A stretch of 64,000 bases of DNA. It comes from Pecten maximus (Eukaryota). This document shows, piece after piece, positions 27,801-43,120 of this stretch. The position numbers and the translations under genes were made by a program. Below the pieces are notes generated by a model. The model was given only the letters and a program-made list of their open reading frames with translations. It was not told the origin of the DNA and ran no database searches. Location: the NCBI RefSeq assembly GCF_902652985.1, contig NC_047025.1:28520001-28584000 (forward strand), in the 5' to 3' direction. The number at the start of each line of letters is the position of its first letter. Within the stretch, counting starts at the first letter, position 1.

Positions 27801-30800
27801 TCTTATCTAATTGGATCATAATTGGCTCAAGAAAACACTACTTCATAATGAAGGCATTTTCGCCGCACAAAAGATGGTGTTGTACTCTTAAAATTTTGTT
27901 TGACCTCTGCTAGTTAGAACTTCCGTATGTGTTGGGAAATACTGCAGAGGTCCTTAGAGAATTGTATCGATCATCTATCCAGCTATCATTTTTCAATTAG
28001 TTTGAAGTTCAAGTTATAATATTGAACTTGTCATAGGCGATAATGTCAAAATTTTATTTTATAGCTAAAATTTAAAAAAAAATCAATTTAATGGTTTATT
28101 TAAAAAAAAAAAAAGCAATTGCAAAATACTCGCACTCCTTTATGAACAATATGTTTACATGTATGATTGTTTCATCTTTTGTTTAAATAGTATTAAAAAA
28201 GAATAATTATGTATAAGAAATATGTATAAGAAATATGTACAAATATTATACTATTCCAAGAAAATAGGACCTGTCATCGGTTAGCATTCACTTTGATGGA
28301 ATAATTTGAAACAATGATCTTCCATTTCTTTTTATGATGCTATATTAAAAGTATAATTGTATGGAGAAATATATATTATTTCGTCTTGAGACAAGCAAAT
28401 CGTTTAACGCCCCCGGAGCCTAAAATAGTATGAAACCCTGCATCGAATTCACGTCCCATTTCAGACTGTGATATTTTTGTGTCCACCCTTAGATTTTTTT
28501 TATCTTTGTTTTAACGATATCTTACAATTTTTAGTAATCATAATTTCCTAGTTAGGTATAACGATATATCTTACACTGAAAAAGGCTACTCTCTCAAAAC
28601 ACTTTATTGTTCTCTTTGTCACATATTTTATCTATTCTGTATGTGCTTTCGATGTCATTTGTTTCTGTAAACACATTTTCCTTATCTTTTTTATTGACGT
28701 TCTTCCATGGCCGTATTTATTTTCCTTTTGTCGCGTGCGACGTTTTTTTCGCTGTCAATTATCATTTCATTTATTTTTGCTGTCTCCTCTGATCCTAATG
28801 TTGCCTTTGTTTTTGTCTTTGTCTTTGTCCTTTTACAGTAATTTATTTGTTTTGCAGTCTGAAGTGCTGTATATTTTCTTCTCTCTTCTATTTTTTTTTT
28901 TTTTTACTTTTTCCTCCTTTTTATTTATCTTCTCACTTCTACAAGTCTATTCCCTGCGATATTACATATCTTATCTTTTCATGTTTCTGTTTCTTTTTGA
29001 CTTTGCCTTTTAGTCTTTTCCTATACATCACGCCATCTTTCAGACCATTATATTGTATATGGTTATCTTAATCCGGTAGAAACGCTAAAATGATTGAGTG
29101 AAGTTAAACTGATGATTATTTTTTAAAACACGTGTTTTTCAAAAGATAACAATTCACAAGATTTATTGATTTACATTATATTACTTACCTTTACGAATTT
29201 TTTTAATGTGAACATTTCGTTACCAGTTTATAATTGAAATAAATCACCAATCTTGCTTGATTCTGACGTATGTAACAATCAATGTAGCTACATTTTTATT
29301 TAAAAGAAAGAGTTTGTAGAGGATTATTTTTTATTTTTTATTTTTATTTTTTTTATGTAGTACAGAAACACGTTATTGGAAAAAATATTGAATACGTCTT
29401 CAAACTTAATAGTTAAAAAGAAATCAAAGGAGATTACTATAACAATCTTATGAAATTGTCTAAATTGACAAGTTTTATGTGAAGGTACTGTTTATACCTG
29501 TGCCTCTGTTCCAGTACCACTTATCACTGTCCCTGTAAATTCTCTCCCTTATCAAACGTTTCTTCCTCATACATCAACTATAATTCGAAGTTCGTGCCAC
29601 AATTTGTCATGGTATCTTCCGTCTGTATGCTTGTACTAAGATACACAAGTTCATACTTGTATGAACTGGCATAATTTTTAAAAGTTCTCACTATCTATTA
29701 AATTGATAACTTTGTCGGCAAAGTATCAAAGCGGTGGTATACCTCCCTGGTCGCTAGAAATTAGCGTTGCCGTCACTATTTCTGCTTTTATATGATGGAT
29801 AAGTGCGATATCTTGCATAGTCTAGTTACAATTACATTGTAAACAGACCAGAACATTTTCACGTCCACCCAAATTCTCTCCCTTCTTTATCATAATTTCG
29901 TTCACAGATATTCACATTATTGTGAAAGCGCTTTCGTTCCGTTTGGTTACGAATGTGAGTAACACTACACAAGTATGTTCTAGGCTGACTTGTGTGGTAT
30001 GGTCGGGAGGCCGTTGTATTGTAAAACTCTATAGTTATGGCGCCGGCGTACTGCGGAGGAATCTTACTATACTTTTCGGTACTTGACCTCTAACTTTTCC
30101 TTCATGCCAACGTATCTGATCGTATTGATTTGACAAAAGTAAACATAAAAGAACAAAATACCTGGGAAAATTCACGAGAAAATTTAGGCATAATCTTCTT
30201 AAGATGTACATTTTATGAGCACTTCCTTACAAAAGGATTCAAGTTTAATGGCAATGTTTGAGATTTTCAACATTGTTATTAATATTTTATATCGTTTCTG
30301 CTCATTCCTATGTAGTCCCTAATGATGAAAGATGAAAGCAATACTATAGGACAGGACCATGAGGAGCATTCCTGTACATCCGAATATGACCTCCATGCCT
30401 GTTTCTACAGACGTGACTGCACCATTACTACAAGCTATCCACATGTCTTTACACAGAATCTCACGAAAATCGCCTTTGTTACAGATAAGTGCAGACTAAT
30501 ATCAATTTCATTATGGTACACTTTACAAAACAGAAAACATAATCTAAACAAAATGAAAAGTGTACAATTTGTCTTCATCATTATAAATTGTTGATGTGAA
30601 ATTACATTTTGATAGTTAAAATTAGTTATACTATTAATTCTTGGAATCATGAATGTTACACAGGCTTCGCTATGATATGTCTATGTACTTTGCCGTAGAA
30701 CTTACCCAGCCACAAATTTAGCAAATATTGTTTAAATTACTGTCTTCATTGCATTATGTGTTTTTAAATCAACCGGTTTTCTAGGTAGAATGCCAACTTA

Positions 30801-33800
30801 GGTCATTTAATTATAACACCAGTTGAAATCATAACTTTATTTTAATTAAAGTTAATTTGATACAATATCAGACTTTGCCACGAATTTTGTATTTCTTGAT
30901 CATAGTTTGGAAAACATCAGACCGTTGGTGGTATTGATAAAACAATCGTGCATTGTTTTTGGTAATCTAGCTGTCTGGCAGAAGGCACCTTAGGTATGAC
31001 TCATCACGTGACCAGTCTAACACCTGGCCAGGGGATGATTAGATATCTACCACCGATTACCTGTAAAATGTCACAAATCAGCCGCCCGAACAAAACTTCT
31101 CTCTGGGTAATTGAAACCGGAATTTGAGCTTTAAATGTCGTATAAAGTTTTTCCTTAGACTATCAGGTGGACATTATGGTTAGGAATTTCATGATAGATT
31201 GAATTTATAAAACTTCTGATTCATTCAAATCTCCATTCACTCGTCAATAGGAATTTTAATTACATTGAATAGTTCAGTATCAAAACAGGATAGTAATAAG
31301 ATAGGTTTTCAGACATTAACAGATTGGCATTGTTTTATCCATGTATGTGTTGTTATCCTATGAAATTCCACTGTGAGATATTATCTATTAGTTACAATGA
31401 CACTGATAAGACAAGCAAACATATGGTCACTTTGTGGACATCCAATAAAATGGCTCAGGTTATGTGTGACCAAGGATCGGGGTGTATTACTGATTAATAT
31501 GTGATTTCAGCCACATAGAACAGAACGATATTAGGTATGATAATATCAATTTACATTGTCAAATATCATGTTTTTGGCGACAGAAATATGAGAAAACGCC
31601 ATCCACATACATCAAATATACAAAGAGAACGCAAAATTTTAAAATTGGGAATACAATATGTATCGATTTATAGATATAAATCAAAATGTACTGGTTCGAT
31701 CTTGAGACTTACGTTTTAGGTTTGAGTTCAACTCAGAAGTAGACAGGTGTCCATTTCAAACTAAGTGTTGTATAAATTACCATTAATCTTTGTTGGAAAA
31801 CGAAAAGAAAAGTGAAATGACGAATTCCAAAGATTGTATAGTTTTCTGTAGTAAAACAACCAAATTTGTTTGCTCGTTGATCCAATTGCAACAATAGGAT
31901 AATTTATCTTTTGATTGCATTATATTTTTGCTAATTATTACGTATTCACTTGTGAATAAATTTTAACCCTGTATTTTGTTAAACGTTAGTTTCATTCAAC
32001 TTATGACTATGCATTAGGTATTTATTCTATTTCTTAAAATATTTCCTTAAATGTAAGGTAGTAAATATTATATCATTGCATTACTACGGAAACGCTGACT
32101 AATTAACTAATAAGTCTAGCTAATTCCGATGTTTAAAAAAATAATTATATAAATGTAATCAAAGAATGATATTGCTTGTAGATATGTTAATTCCATTAAT
32201 CATCTTCACATTAAAACATTATTGTCATTTATATTACAATTCCGTTTTTCCTCTTTTGTTATGATATCGTATTGTTCATGTTTTCTATTTGTGCCCTTGT
32301 GTTTATGCGCAAGTATATATATATGCATGTCTTTGTACCCTGGGTTTTATGTACATGTGTCAATGTGTCCATGTGTCAAAATTTACTGATCTGGTGCATT
32401 CAGTATATTCTTAAATATTTTTTTGTATGGGAGCAAATAAGCTTTTAGATTTCAATTTAATTTGATTATAAAGAAAAAAAAACAGATTTTTAAATCAATG
32501 AAGATCTTTGTAACGATTGTTTTAACCATTATTATTTATCGCCTATAACATCGACATATATTTATGCTACATGTATGTATAGCATGATATATTTTGAAAA
32601 ATGAAATAAATTAAGAAATATATATTATGCTACTCACAATATGTCAAGTCCTGCTTCGATGTATGGTTTGCAATTTTTAATTATATATTTTCATAACATG
32701 TATACTCTATGTAAGTCTCACAACATATCATAATCGTTTCCGTGCCAAGCCAATTTAATATAGTACCACTACATAATTAATTATAAAACACACATATCGT
32801 ATATTTAAAGCCATAATTACAAATTCCAAGCTTACCTAGTATCCACAAACAGTACAACAGGACATACAAACTTTAGTTCAGTTGATAGCAATACAAATCT
32901 TAAAGTTCATAAATCGTTTAGGTTTCGCTAAGTTAGGCTTCAAGCATAACTAAGCCACTTAAGATATTAATCCGTGATATAGTAAACAGGTCTTCAGAAT
33001 CGTGTTGGAAACAGCGAAAAAGAAAAGACGACAGACAATATGTGTCTTAGTATATTAATTGTTTGAATAAAAGAAACTAACGATTAAAACAATATGCAGA
33101 TTTTCTTTCATAATTATTTTTCAATAGAAATTTCTTTGTTATATGATTAGACTGATCACATTGTTCTATATACCAAAATTATTTCGTTCGCGTTATTACA
33201 AGCTAGCAACACCGCCTCATATTTCTTGCACCATTGTTTCCAACATGAGTATCGTTTGAAAATGTATTGATAAAAAATGCCAAAGATATAAATAAGCACA
33301 CTAAATTATGAAAATCATACCTTGTCTTATAAAGAAATTATCAAATACCAATAAATAGATAAGTGCTTAATTATAATAATTTGGTAAATGCAATTATGCG
33401 TTTATACTATACAACACCGAATGAATACTTGGTGATGTTGGACAACTACTCCAATAGACGAAAACATTTATTTCAGTTTCCTATATTGACGTTTGTTATC
33501 AAATGTAAAAGGGCGATCAGTTTTACAGCTATGAAATGCTGTAATCGACAATTTTCATGCATGTTATCGAAAGGTGTGATAGGTTTTTATGTGATGTAAT
33601 AAATACATGTTCAGAATGATATGATTAGATATATCAGTTGATGTGGCAATGCGCTGAACTTCAGCAACACCCCAATACAGCTGCCCCGGGGTCCCGGGTG
33701 TGGCAGGCTCCGTGTTCTGGTGTATCCTTCTAATCAACCACTTTCAATAACGCTGGCCAAAATCGGTTGACCTTTGCCCCATGACGCTTGCCGGCTGCCA

Positions 33801-34959
33801 TATAAACTACAGGCCGATGTCGACAAGGCTCTTGTTGCAACTCTTATCGAAATCATTTGGGAATTCGAGCACGAATGAAATATTTTGTGTTTTACCCTAC
33901 TATTGAACTAGAACTAAATAAAGATAACAAGAAACAGCCTGGAGAAGAGCTGTTTATCTCTATTACCGGACTGCATATGTGTGAAATCATTTCTCGACGT
34001 CGATAAGCGAGTCAGAAACAATAGTGGTGTTTCAGTCACGGATAACGCCCGTTAGAGAAGAGAAAAATGCTGTACACTGCACAAATTAGGCAATGAATGC
34101 AGATAGCTGGATAGCGCGATTCAATATGTGCTAAAGATTCTTGAGTTTATCATGATAAAGTGAAATAAAAATATAAATACCACCCTGTCATCTAGCAACG
34201 CCGAAATTTAAAGTCAAAGTAGCTGCGAAAATGCCAAATAAATCAATTTAACACCAAATACATTTTTCCTTGAAGTTTATTCCTCAACTCATGTTAAGTT
34301 CATGATTACATCAAATTTACTGCTTAACATTACGAATAATGGAAATGTAATTTAGATAATGATTTTTCACTGTGTAAACTGAACGCGACGCCTTCAGACT
34401 GACCCTCTTGATTAAAGTGATATCAGTCTCGTACCATACAAACATATCTTGAGACGAAAATATTTGACATATCTTTCGATTTGTGTTATCTATTTATTTC
34501 TTGTTTCGTCCGATCGTTCTTAAGAAAGGTATTATGTATATACATTTAATTGTATGTGATGATGGGCAAATCCTCCATTGATATTTGCTTGAATCTTTCT
34601 ACAAAACTATGCTACTTCTGAGAAATAGCATGACTTACCTGATGATGCTTGGTAAACCACAACTTTATTAGAATACACAAGTCATATATTTCCTATATAT
34701 CATTATTATTTACGAAATAGGAAGTTTACAATTGTTAGAGACATTAACTTCGATACAAATGAATTAATGTTTAAATTCACAGGAAATTTTTAAATGTTAC
34801 AATAGTAAGCTTGTTTATGTGTACATCAATTGTTTATACACTACAACAATGTACACTATTTTGATACATCTTTTGTCCGGTATGAAACTGGATAATAACA
34901 AAACACATTTTGTCAAAAGATGATGAGCTGAAATAATTCCAGGTATGTTTATACGACGG

Positions 34960-35076
34960 TAACACCTGACCCACAGGTGTAATTAAGATAGTCAGGTGTG
35001 TGAAGTGACAGGTAAGGCCTGATATGGACTCCCGAAGATGGCATAAGAACACCTGTCTGTATGTGTCACAACACCT
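34960..35076. promoter_or_regulatory. Candidate enhancer: cluster of five T-box half-site cores (AGGTGT), four overlapping CAGGTG E-boxes
   Basis: ACACCT at 34962, AGGTGT at 34975, AGGTGT at 34994, ACACCT at 35049, ACACCT at 35071. Confidence 0.4.
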
Positions 35077-38000
35077 TACCAGATACATTTGCATGTCATT
35101 TAAAGTCCTCATTTTTCTGTCAATTCTCATCCTAGTATACATTTGGCATGTTTGACGGAGAAACTTGGCATCTGTAAATACACATATCGCGTCGTCCTAA
35201 TGACTACCACCTCAAAATAGTGCACGTGAGAGTGTTAACTTTGTACAGTTATTCAAATGATTTTGTTTTAGAATTAAAATCAAAAGTAAGTTAAGAAGAA
35301 GGGAAAGAGACAAATTCATAGATATATATATATATTACCATAGTTCATATTATCCATATAACATCAACCATGATCTGGGGAAACGGTATACGTTCGCAAA
35401 TTCATCTTCATATTCCTACATTATACAATTGTAACTACAATTAATCATCATCTTGATTTACCTTACCTTGATGCATACCTTGTTATTACTAATTAATTTA
35501 TATTAAATATTGTATGTAACATGTAATCTACTGTTTTACCACATGCCATTGTATTAAACATCTTGTTGACCTGCTTTATCCAATGCCTTACAACCCAAGT
35601 GAAATGATAAATAATAAGACGGTTTCTTTTACCTATTGTACCTGTAACCATTGACCTGATCAAAATTATTTGTTTTGATATGCTACAATGTTATATTATT
35701 TTAATTTTGAGCATAATATTTTTTTTTTTCGTTTAATTGCTATGAGTAAATGTTTCATTGCCTGTATCATTGAATTTCTCCCATCGTGTTATTGTTGAAT
35801 ACTAATACGAACAGTGAGGTTCTACGAATTCTTAAAAAAGATATATAATATATGCATGTACAAGACTATGATAAGTTGATTTTAGGTTGGGTTTTTTTTT
35901 TGGGGTTTTTTTTCATAAATTCTTTTAAGTACAAATAAAACCTTAGTAATGGTGAGACTACAAAAGTTTATGTTAATCGGGAATAAGAACAATGGCTTAT
36001 ACCCAGTTAACACAAATATGGATTGTATGTATAAAAACAATTAAGTAATATACACCATATATTATGTCTAATAATACAAAAAGTGTGTTTGCTAAACCTA
36101 TAATTCGATCCATTGGAAATTGAAGGATGTTGGCAAAATCTAAGCACTTCAATTAAGGTTTTTTGTTGTTGCCGTCGGTTTTTTTAGCGGGTACAACTGA
36201 AAATGACATGTCTTACTAGGTTACATTAGGGGCAACATTATCCGCTTTAAGTTTACACAAGCGATCTTAGATTTTTTCACAAGAATTAAACGTGTATAAA
36301 CATTACTTTAAGCTATCTGGCATCGAGTATATTTGATTAACATTTTTTCGGAGAATACACGCTCATGGACTTGTTTTGTGGAACACTTTTGTACATATCC
36401 ATCTCTACCGTGAATGTTTGAAGGATAAATCTCGATCCGAAGGGCCATGCTCTTGAATTTATATCCGAAAGTTTACTTCAAAATCAGTGAGAGACATTCA
36501 AGAATCTGACGCCGAGGGTTGAGATTTCTCTGGCACATACAGTAGAAAATAATTAGTCAAAGTACTCATGGAAACCAATCACACATTCCTTCCTCCATAC
36601 ATTATATCATATTATTGGCAGTAGTTTAACAGATAAGACGAGAGACAATCCTGTCAATGGTTACAGAGCACCCAATGGATAGTCAACTTCATACCTAGAT
36701 AAAACAATAACATTAAATATAACTTTCAAAATGGATTGGTTCGATATAAATAAAGACAGACAATTAATCAAGAGTAAAGATAACTAAGCATCTGAATCAT
36801 CTTCGGTTTAAAAAACAACAAAGAAAATCTAATGTAAATTCAGTTTAAATTGAAGAGTTTGTTGAATTTCTGTCTTAAACAATGATTTCACATAAAGATG
36901 ATTTGTTGATATTTGATTGATAGCTTCATGTGAAGTCAACGAAACAAAACGAATATACAATAGGCTATTGTTACAGTGACAAGCTAGATTGAACATGTTT
37001 GACGATAAGGTCTATGTTACTTTGCAGTCTGTTCATGTAGACACAGAATACTCCTGTGAGTGTTGTGGTTGGCTTTCTGTTGTTCACTTCAAATACACAC
37101 TATGGTTCCAATGACGAGGGATCCAGCACGTTTTAATGATATAACCTTTCTTTCTGCTTTCAATAAATTGAATAATAATTAACATTGCAAGCCTGATTTC
37201 AATTATACTATGAAAAGTTTAATATTGTTATTTCTATGACTATATTAAGGTATCACTTTCATTTTTTACCAGTGAGTATTTATATTTTTTATTACAGATT
37301 CTGTCCAGATGCAGGTGACGCTAGCGACGAAAATTATACAAATACTTTCCTATATACATGTAATTAGCACTGATATATCTACACCACACATTCGATTATA
37401 TGGCAGAAAGGGTTAGCATGATTGAAGTTATTAATTATTCTAATTGAATTGCAGACTGACAAAACTGATATTTCTACAACTTCGAGTTACATAATATTTT
37501 GCATTCAACGTAACATAATTCTATATTCGCTATCTCGTGTTTAAATGTCACCATTTGATTTGATGGCGTATTTTCACATATTCATTTAAGTATGTCTATG
37601 TAGTTGTCCTTGATTTACCAATCAATAGCAGAACTTTTGGAGCCAATGCCTTACGTGGCTAAACTCGTATCCTCACGACAGCATTTTCGAAGATACGTCA
37701 GAAAAAACGTTTAGCTGTAACGAGCCAGCGGTAATAACAAATTGATTGCGGTGTAAGTAATTTACACAAATTTCAAGTCGACTACAGAACACTGTTAGGG
37801 CACGTAGGCTGGTGATGGTCTTAATATATTTTAGAGGGAGGGGAGGGGGTAAAAATAGTATAGTATTTAATGGATAGCATACCAACCATTTTTATCTTTG
37901 AAAGGCAATCGCTTCAACAATAAAATATAGGAAATTATTCAGAAAAAAACCGCTGTTCACATTGATACGGTAGTTAATCACACTGAAAGCTCAGCTGAGC

Positions 38001-41000
38001 TGACATTGTATGACAATACCTGTTTATGATATTGCGTGTAATTCAGCATTTTAACAAAGTGATAGGTGATAAGAAGTTTTTCTCCATCCATGTAAAAACC
38101 TAACACGTATCAGTCTGTGAAAACCGCGAGCACAGAGAAAAACGATCTCATCGTCTAAGGTGTAAGTCATGCAATCAAACGCACCCATGGTATCACAGGA
38201 CCCAATAGAGCGCACCTAGGACATCGACGAGATTCCAAAATTGGCGACAGAAATCTTAAACTGTGTTTTCATCAAAGTTATTTCTGTGTCTACAGTTGAT
38301 ATCAAATGGCCGGATTTTATATCCTGATAACCATCAATACGTGAAAACGATATCCCAGGATGCTTCAGTCACGGAAACAGCAATGACGATGAAACTCTGT
38401 ACAAAATGTCTTTTCAGTGTTATACTTGTTTGGTCAGGCGAACGGACCGTAACCTTTCTCATGGCAGATTGTTTTTCAAACACCAGCTTGTGAGCGGCTG
38501 AAATAGTGTTACCACATCACCCTAATGCAGTGAAAGGTAGCATTTAGTAGTTAGTGTGCATGGTGGTTTACCTGTACACCTCTCATGTGAAAACTCCCTT
38601 AAAACATCAAAGAGATGAAGTGTAGACAATACTAGGGTGAAGGAAATGACACTTAATGTCGCTTACGTAATACAAAAAAAATAGTAAGAAGTAAAGTACA
38701 GAACATTGCATGGTAGTATTGCAAAATCATATGTGGCTAGACTCCAATAGCATTAAGATCATTCAACACCGTAACCAGTGTTACTACATAGACATATGCG
38801 TCTAAGTGTTATTTATTTAATCTATCTTCCAAGTGTATAAATTAAATAAACACACGTATGCCACCAATGGTCATGTTGTTAGTTACTACAAAATCATATT
38901 CATCATAATATATGACCATCTATTCTAAATTCAATTACTACTGATCGTCTGTACTTTACTGTAGTTTTAAATTATATAAATCGTTTAGTTTGTCTCTTTG
39001 GAGAATTTCGGAGCCCATTATTTTAAAAATGGTCGTCCGAGAATTTTTTTCAAATATTCTGTCAAGTTGTATTGAAAATAAGCCCCATTTTAGGTCGACA
39101 TATCATTTTAGATGCTGGGTTAAGAAAGCCATTTAAATGTTGTTATCCATCAACGAAAAATGGAAGATGTTTCCAAAATTTTAAAGGATATACAGACTTT
39201 TATTTCTAATATTCCATTTAATAGGTTCAAGTACGGCAGGTGTGAATGTTGATATACGACATTACATCTTTGTTAGATATCTATTATGACATAATTATAT
39301 GATTATGTTGAAGCTATAGTTAAGCAGATGTAAAAAGTGATATTCTTTGGTTTCGAGTACAACGCAAGTAATTTGTGAAACGAATCAACATTTTGTTTGC
39401 TCAGCGCTTATACATTTTGAAAAATATTTACCATTTTCGTGTACAGTACATGTGAATTGAGATATTATTTAAAGTTTCGAGAACGAGTGCAGATAAAAGT
39501 TGTGATATTCATTCAGATTGTTCTACTACAATATATGAAAAGTGTAACATTCATTTTTTTTTTTAAATGAGTATATTATGACGTGATTCCATTGTTAGAT
39601 GGCCAAATATATTTATAGAGTAAATAGTGGTATATAAACTAAGTAATGTATTATTGTTTGCCTAAGAACCATGGCTGTTTTTACAACACTTTTTTCTTTA
39701 GATCCTACTTCCTATATTTACATATTGTGTGAACGCTGAATTCATTCATGAGTTAACAGTTAGAAGTTGGGATCACAACAACAGTTATATTAATACTTTT
39801 TTAGACGACACAGTTATGTTTGTGTTTGGCAACAAAGCTCATTACAGCTGGTGATGATTATCTGAGAGTGGAGGTGAGAGTCGGCATGTTATGTCTGGTG
39901 TGTACGGTGTCGTGTAGGAGACCAACAATTGATTCTGTTTATTACATTATTACCGTCGTGACCAACGAAATCAGCACAGTAGTCCCCATATTATATAACA
40001 TATATACTGCTGAATAAGGCTGGCCAGGGGCGATCACAGCCGGCGATCGGAGACACACAAACTAGTCTTTCACACCGGAGCCAAGAAGTTATCACCAAGG
40101 TTCTCACCAAACTCTTAGGTATCACAAACACCTATTGTTTTCCTACCTAAGGGATGTTTATCTGTGTAGATTTCCTGTCATAATTTTTAATAAATATTTC
40201 TATTCTTTTCTTACAAATACAGTTATATAAATGTTAAATGACCTGAAAAAGTATTTAACCTCGAGGCAGTTTCACTAGATATCAGGTTCTCAAGAAACAA
40301 CTGTGTATGTACTTGTTCTTTCAACATGGTATACTTAAAACAATATCTCAAAGTGGCAACGACCAAAAGAACCTTGAGAGAAAAATGTTACAAATTTTGA
40401 TAAATTGTCGCAAACAATGCATTAATGTTTTTGCTTTATTTTGCTTCGAATTACCCGTTAATTATGCATGCATGGGTTACAGAATTCTCAGGTTTAATTC
40501 AATTCCATAACTCCGACTGGATCTATTTCACTTCGCTGGGTGGTCATTTCATGGTTTTGCCAAGATTAATGCTGTTACCGGTAAAACCTCTCGACCTTGA
40601 AAACAAACATTTTTCCGGTAATGCTTTTGGATCGCGTGCGGATTACGCGGCACCGATAGCAGAGCTGGATTCAGTGATAATACGAGGGGATTCAAACACA
40701 GGACTGATGGAGGCAGAACGTGTGTGAAACATTCAACTAACTGTAAACGGCGAGGCGATAACTCCGCCACCTCGACACCCTCCCATGTAGTCTCAATGCC
40801 TTGTTCCGTCCTCTTTGTTGTGGGTCATACCACGTCTGGGTATAGGTTACCTTGTGTCCCATTAAAACTAGAGGTTCCGTTACTATTATTATCTGCAGTT
40901 AAAACAATAAGGACCACATGGACATTTTGATCACAGCTTGCAATTTTGGAAATCTTCATTGAAGAATATCATTTTAAACAAATGCATAACATATTTTGTC

Positions 41001-43120
41001 TTGTCTAATCTAAAATTGTAAAAAATTTAAAATTAATGTAATCGATCTGTACATTCTTCAATATGTAGAATTCAGAAATTAACATGTACAATGTAGCTTA
41101 ATCAACATAATACAACACAATGCGGAAATATAGACACAATTCAATGGTTGATTATCAAATATTCTTCACGACTATGAGATGAATTCTTATACTTTTATCT
41201 GACAAAATATGAATGGCAATCAGCATAAATCTTTCGTTAGATGTGAACTATTCATAATTACGTTTACTCTTTATAACATTTCATGTAAGATGTTATAAAA
41301 ACATACAAACTAAGGATCATATCATATCATGTGCTGTATACCCATACGAAGAAGAGTTATAAAGTACTCGGCATTTGTCTGATTCTTAATCACTTGGCCA
41401 TTTGATTTTAAAACATTGTAAATGTGCCATATTTGTAATATACATTGTACATGTTCTTTCAACACCGTTGTTGAGAATAATTTTAAAATATTCGTAATAT
41501 TCTAAATACATTAAAGGTCCGCCAATTTTAATTCCATTTGTGTAAATATAGAACAAAATCCATATACAATGTACCTAGTTTTAACAAAGACATATATTTT
41601 TTAGAATTTTGGTCTCGTTTATTTGTCGAATTGTTCAGGGTTTTTGGCCTTCAATAGAAAACTCAAGGAAACCTCTATCTTAAATTGTACCTTTTACCCA
41701 GTGATTGCATCATATATCTTTATGCCGAATAAAGAAAACATCAAATATTGGTGAATAAATAGGTTATTTTGGAAATGAATTCATTAACATCCTCAGTATA
41801 TTAAAGTCAAACACCAGCGAATTTGTAATTATCTATTTCATTAATTAATATATTATATAAATGTATGCCTTATGATAAAAAAATTGGACTGTTTCCTGAA
41901 TTGGAATGGATAAATCTGAGGAAAGAAAACTAATAAAAAAATCTTTATCTCACAGCTCCTAGCATACCCTGAGTACCTCTTATTGCGAATCAGATTGGCA
42001 CACTACTGCATGATTTTTATCTAATGGCTCAATCAATAAAGAATCAAAAGTACTTCGTCTGTGTCAAGAACATATCTACATCTCTACTAGATAATTTGTC
42101 AGTTTGTTTCATTTTCCAAAGATAAATTAGTTTTATTGGATATGATTGGTTAATCGTACAGTGGAACGCTTTGTCTTGGCATTTTATAGAGTTATTCCTG
42201 ATAAAATGTCTGAAGTTGCCCTCTGTGTTTAAGCATCTAAAAGTAAGTCGTTGCCACAGGTGGTAATTATTGACTTTGTAGTGTCTATATTTACGGAATT
42301 TTACGTAATAAACAGTACTACATTAATCTATGTTTTCGCTTCAGTTCCAATCTACAGAGTTGACTTTTTTTCAATTAAGCCGGCGTCTAGCGGTGATATC
42401 TCGCTCCATGTTGTATGTAAGATCCTTTCAATCTTATTATGTGTATCAACCAAAAACGAAATATTTTTATTGCTCCTCCATCTTACAAAGTGTGTACTTA
42501 TTTTGAAATATCCGATGGCGGCCAGAAGGCAGGCGACTGGAACACAACTACTCGTTATATACTGTACGTACGGGACTAGACGTTCCATGGCGTCTCCGCT
42601 GTGATCCAAGAACACAACACCGAACTGCCGCTCCCCATAAACCTTTCTCCTAATCATATGCTGTAAGAATTAGCTGTGTCGGTCAACTGTGGAGAAGATA
42701 CGGCGAGGATAGAAAAGGACCGTGCAGGGAGTGCGATTTCCGTGTATTTCGCTAATTTAAAACTAAATTCACTCTCAGAATTACTTAGTTTGTCGATTAC
42801 TCCCCTTTTAGACCCAGTGATTATCTGGTTTAAATGTTCGATTCAGTTTCCCACATAGACTCGTAGAAAATGAAGACCCATTATTGCAGTTTCTCAGTCA
42901 AATAGCACTTATCGAGACAAAAACCTTATCCAAAGCTATACGTGTGGATGATACATCTACCTCCATTCATATATAAGTATGTCGTCCAACTAGTATTATA
43001 TCTGTGCTTTATTTTATCAGCATTTTATTTTGGTTATTAAGTATTAAAAGACACTGGAGACATTTCTTCTGATTCAGAAAGAAAAATGTCAGCAGTAGCC
43101 GGATATGGGCAATAACATGG

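Noticed and set aside
28607-29071. Overlapping Phe/Leu-rich ORFs resembling membrane proteins
   Set aside because: T-rich low-complexity DNA open in several frames.
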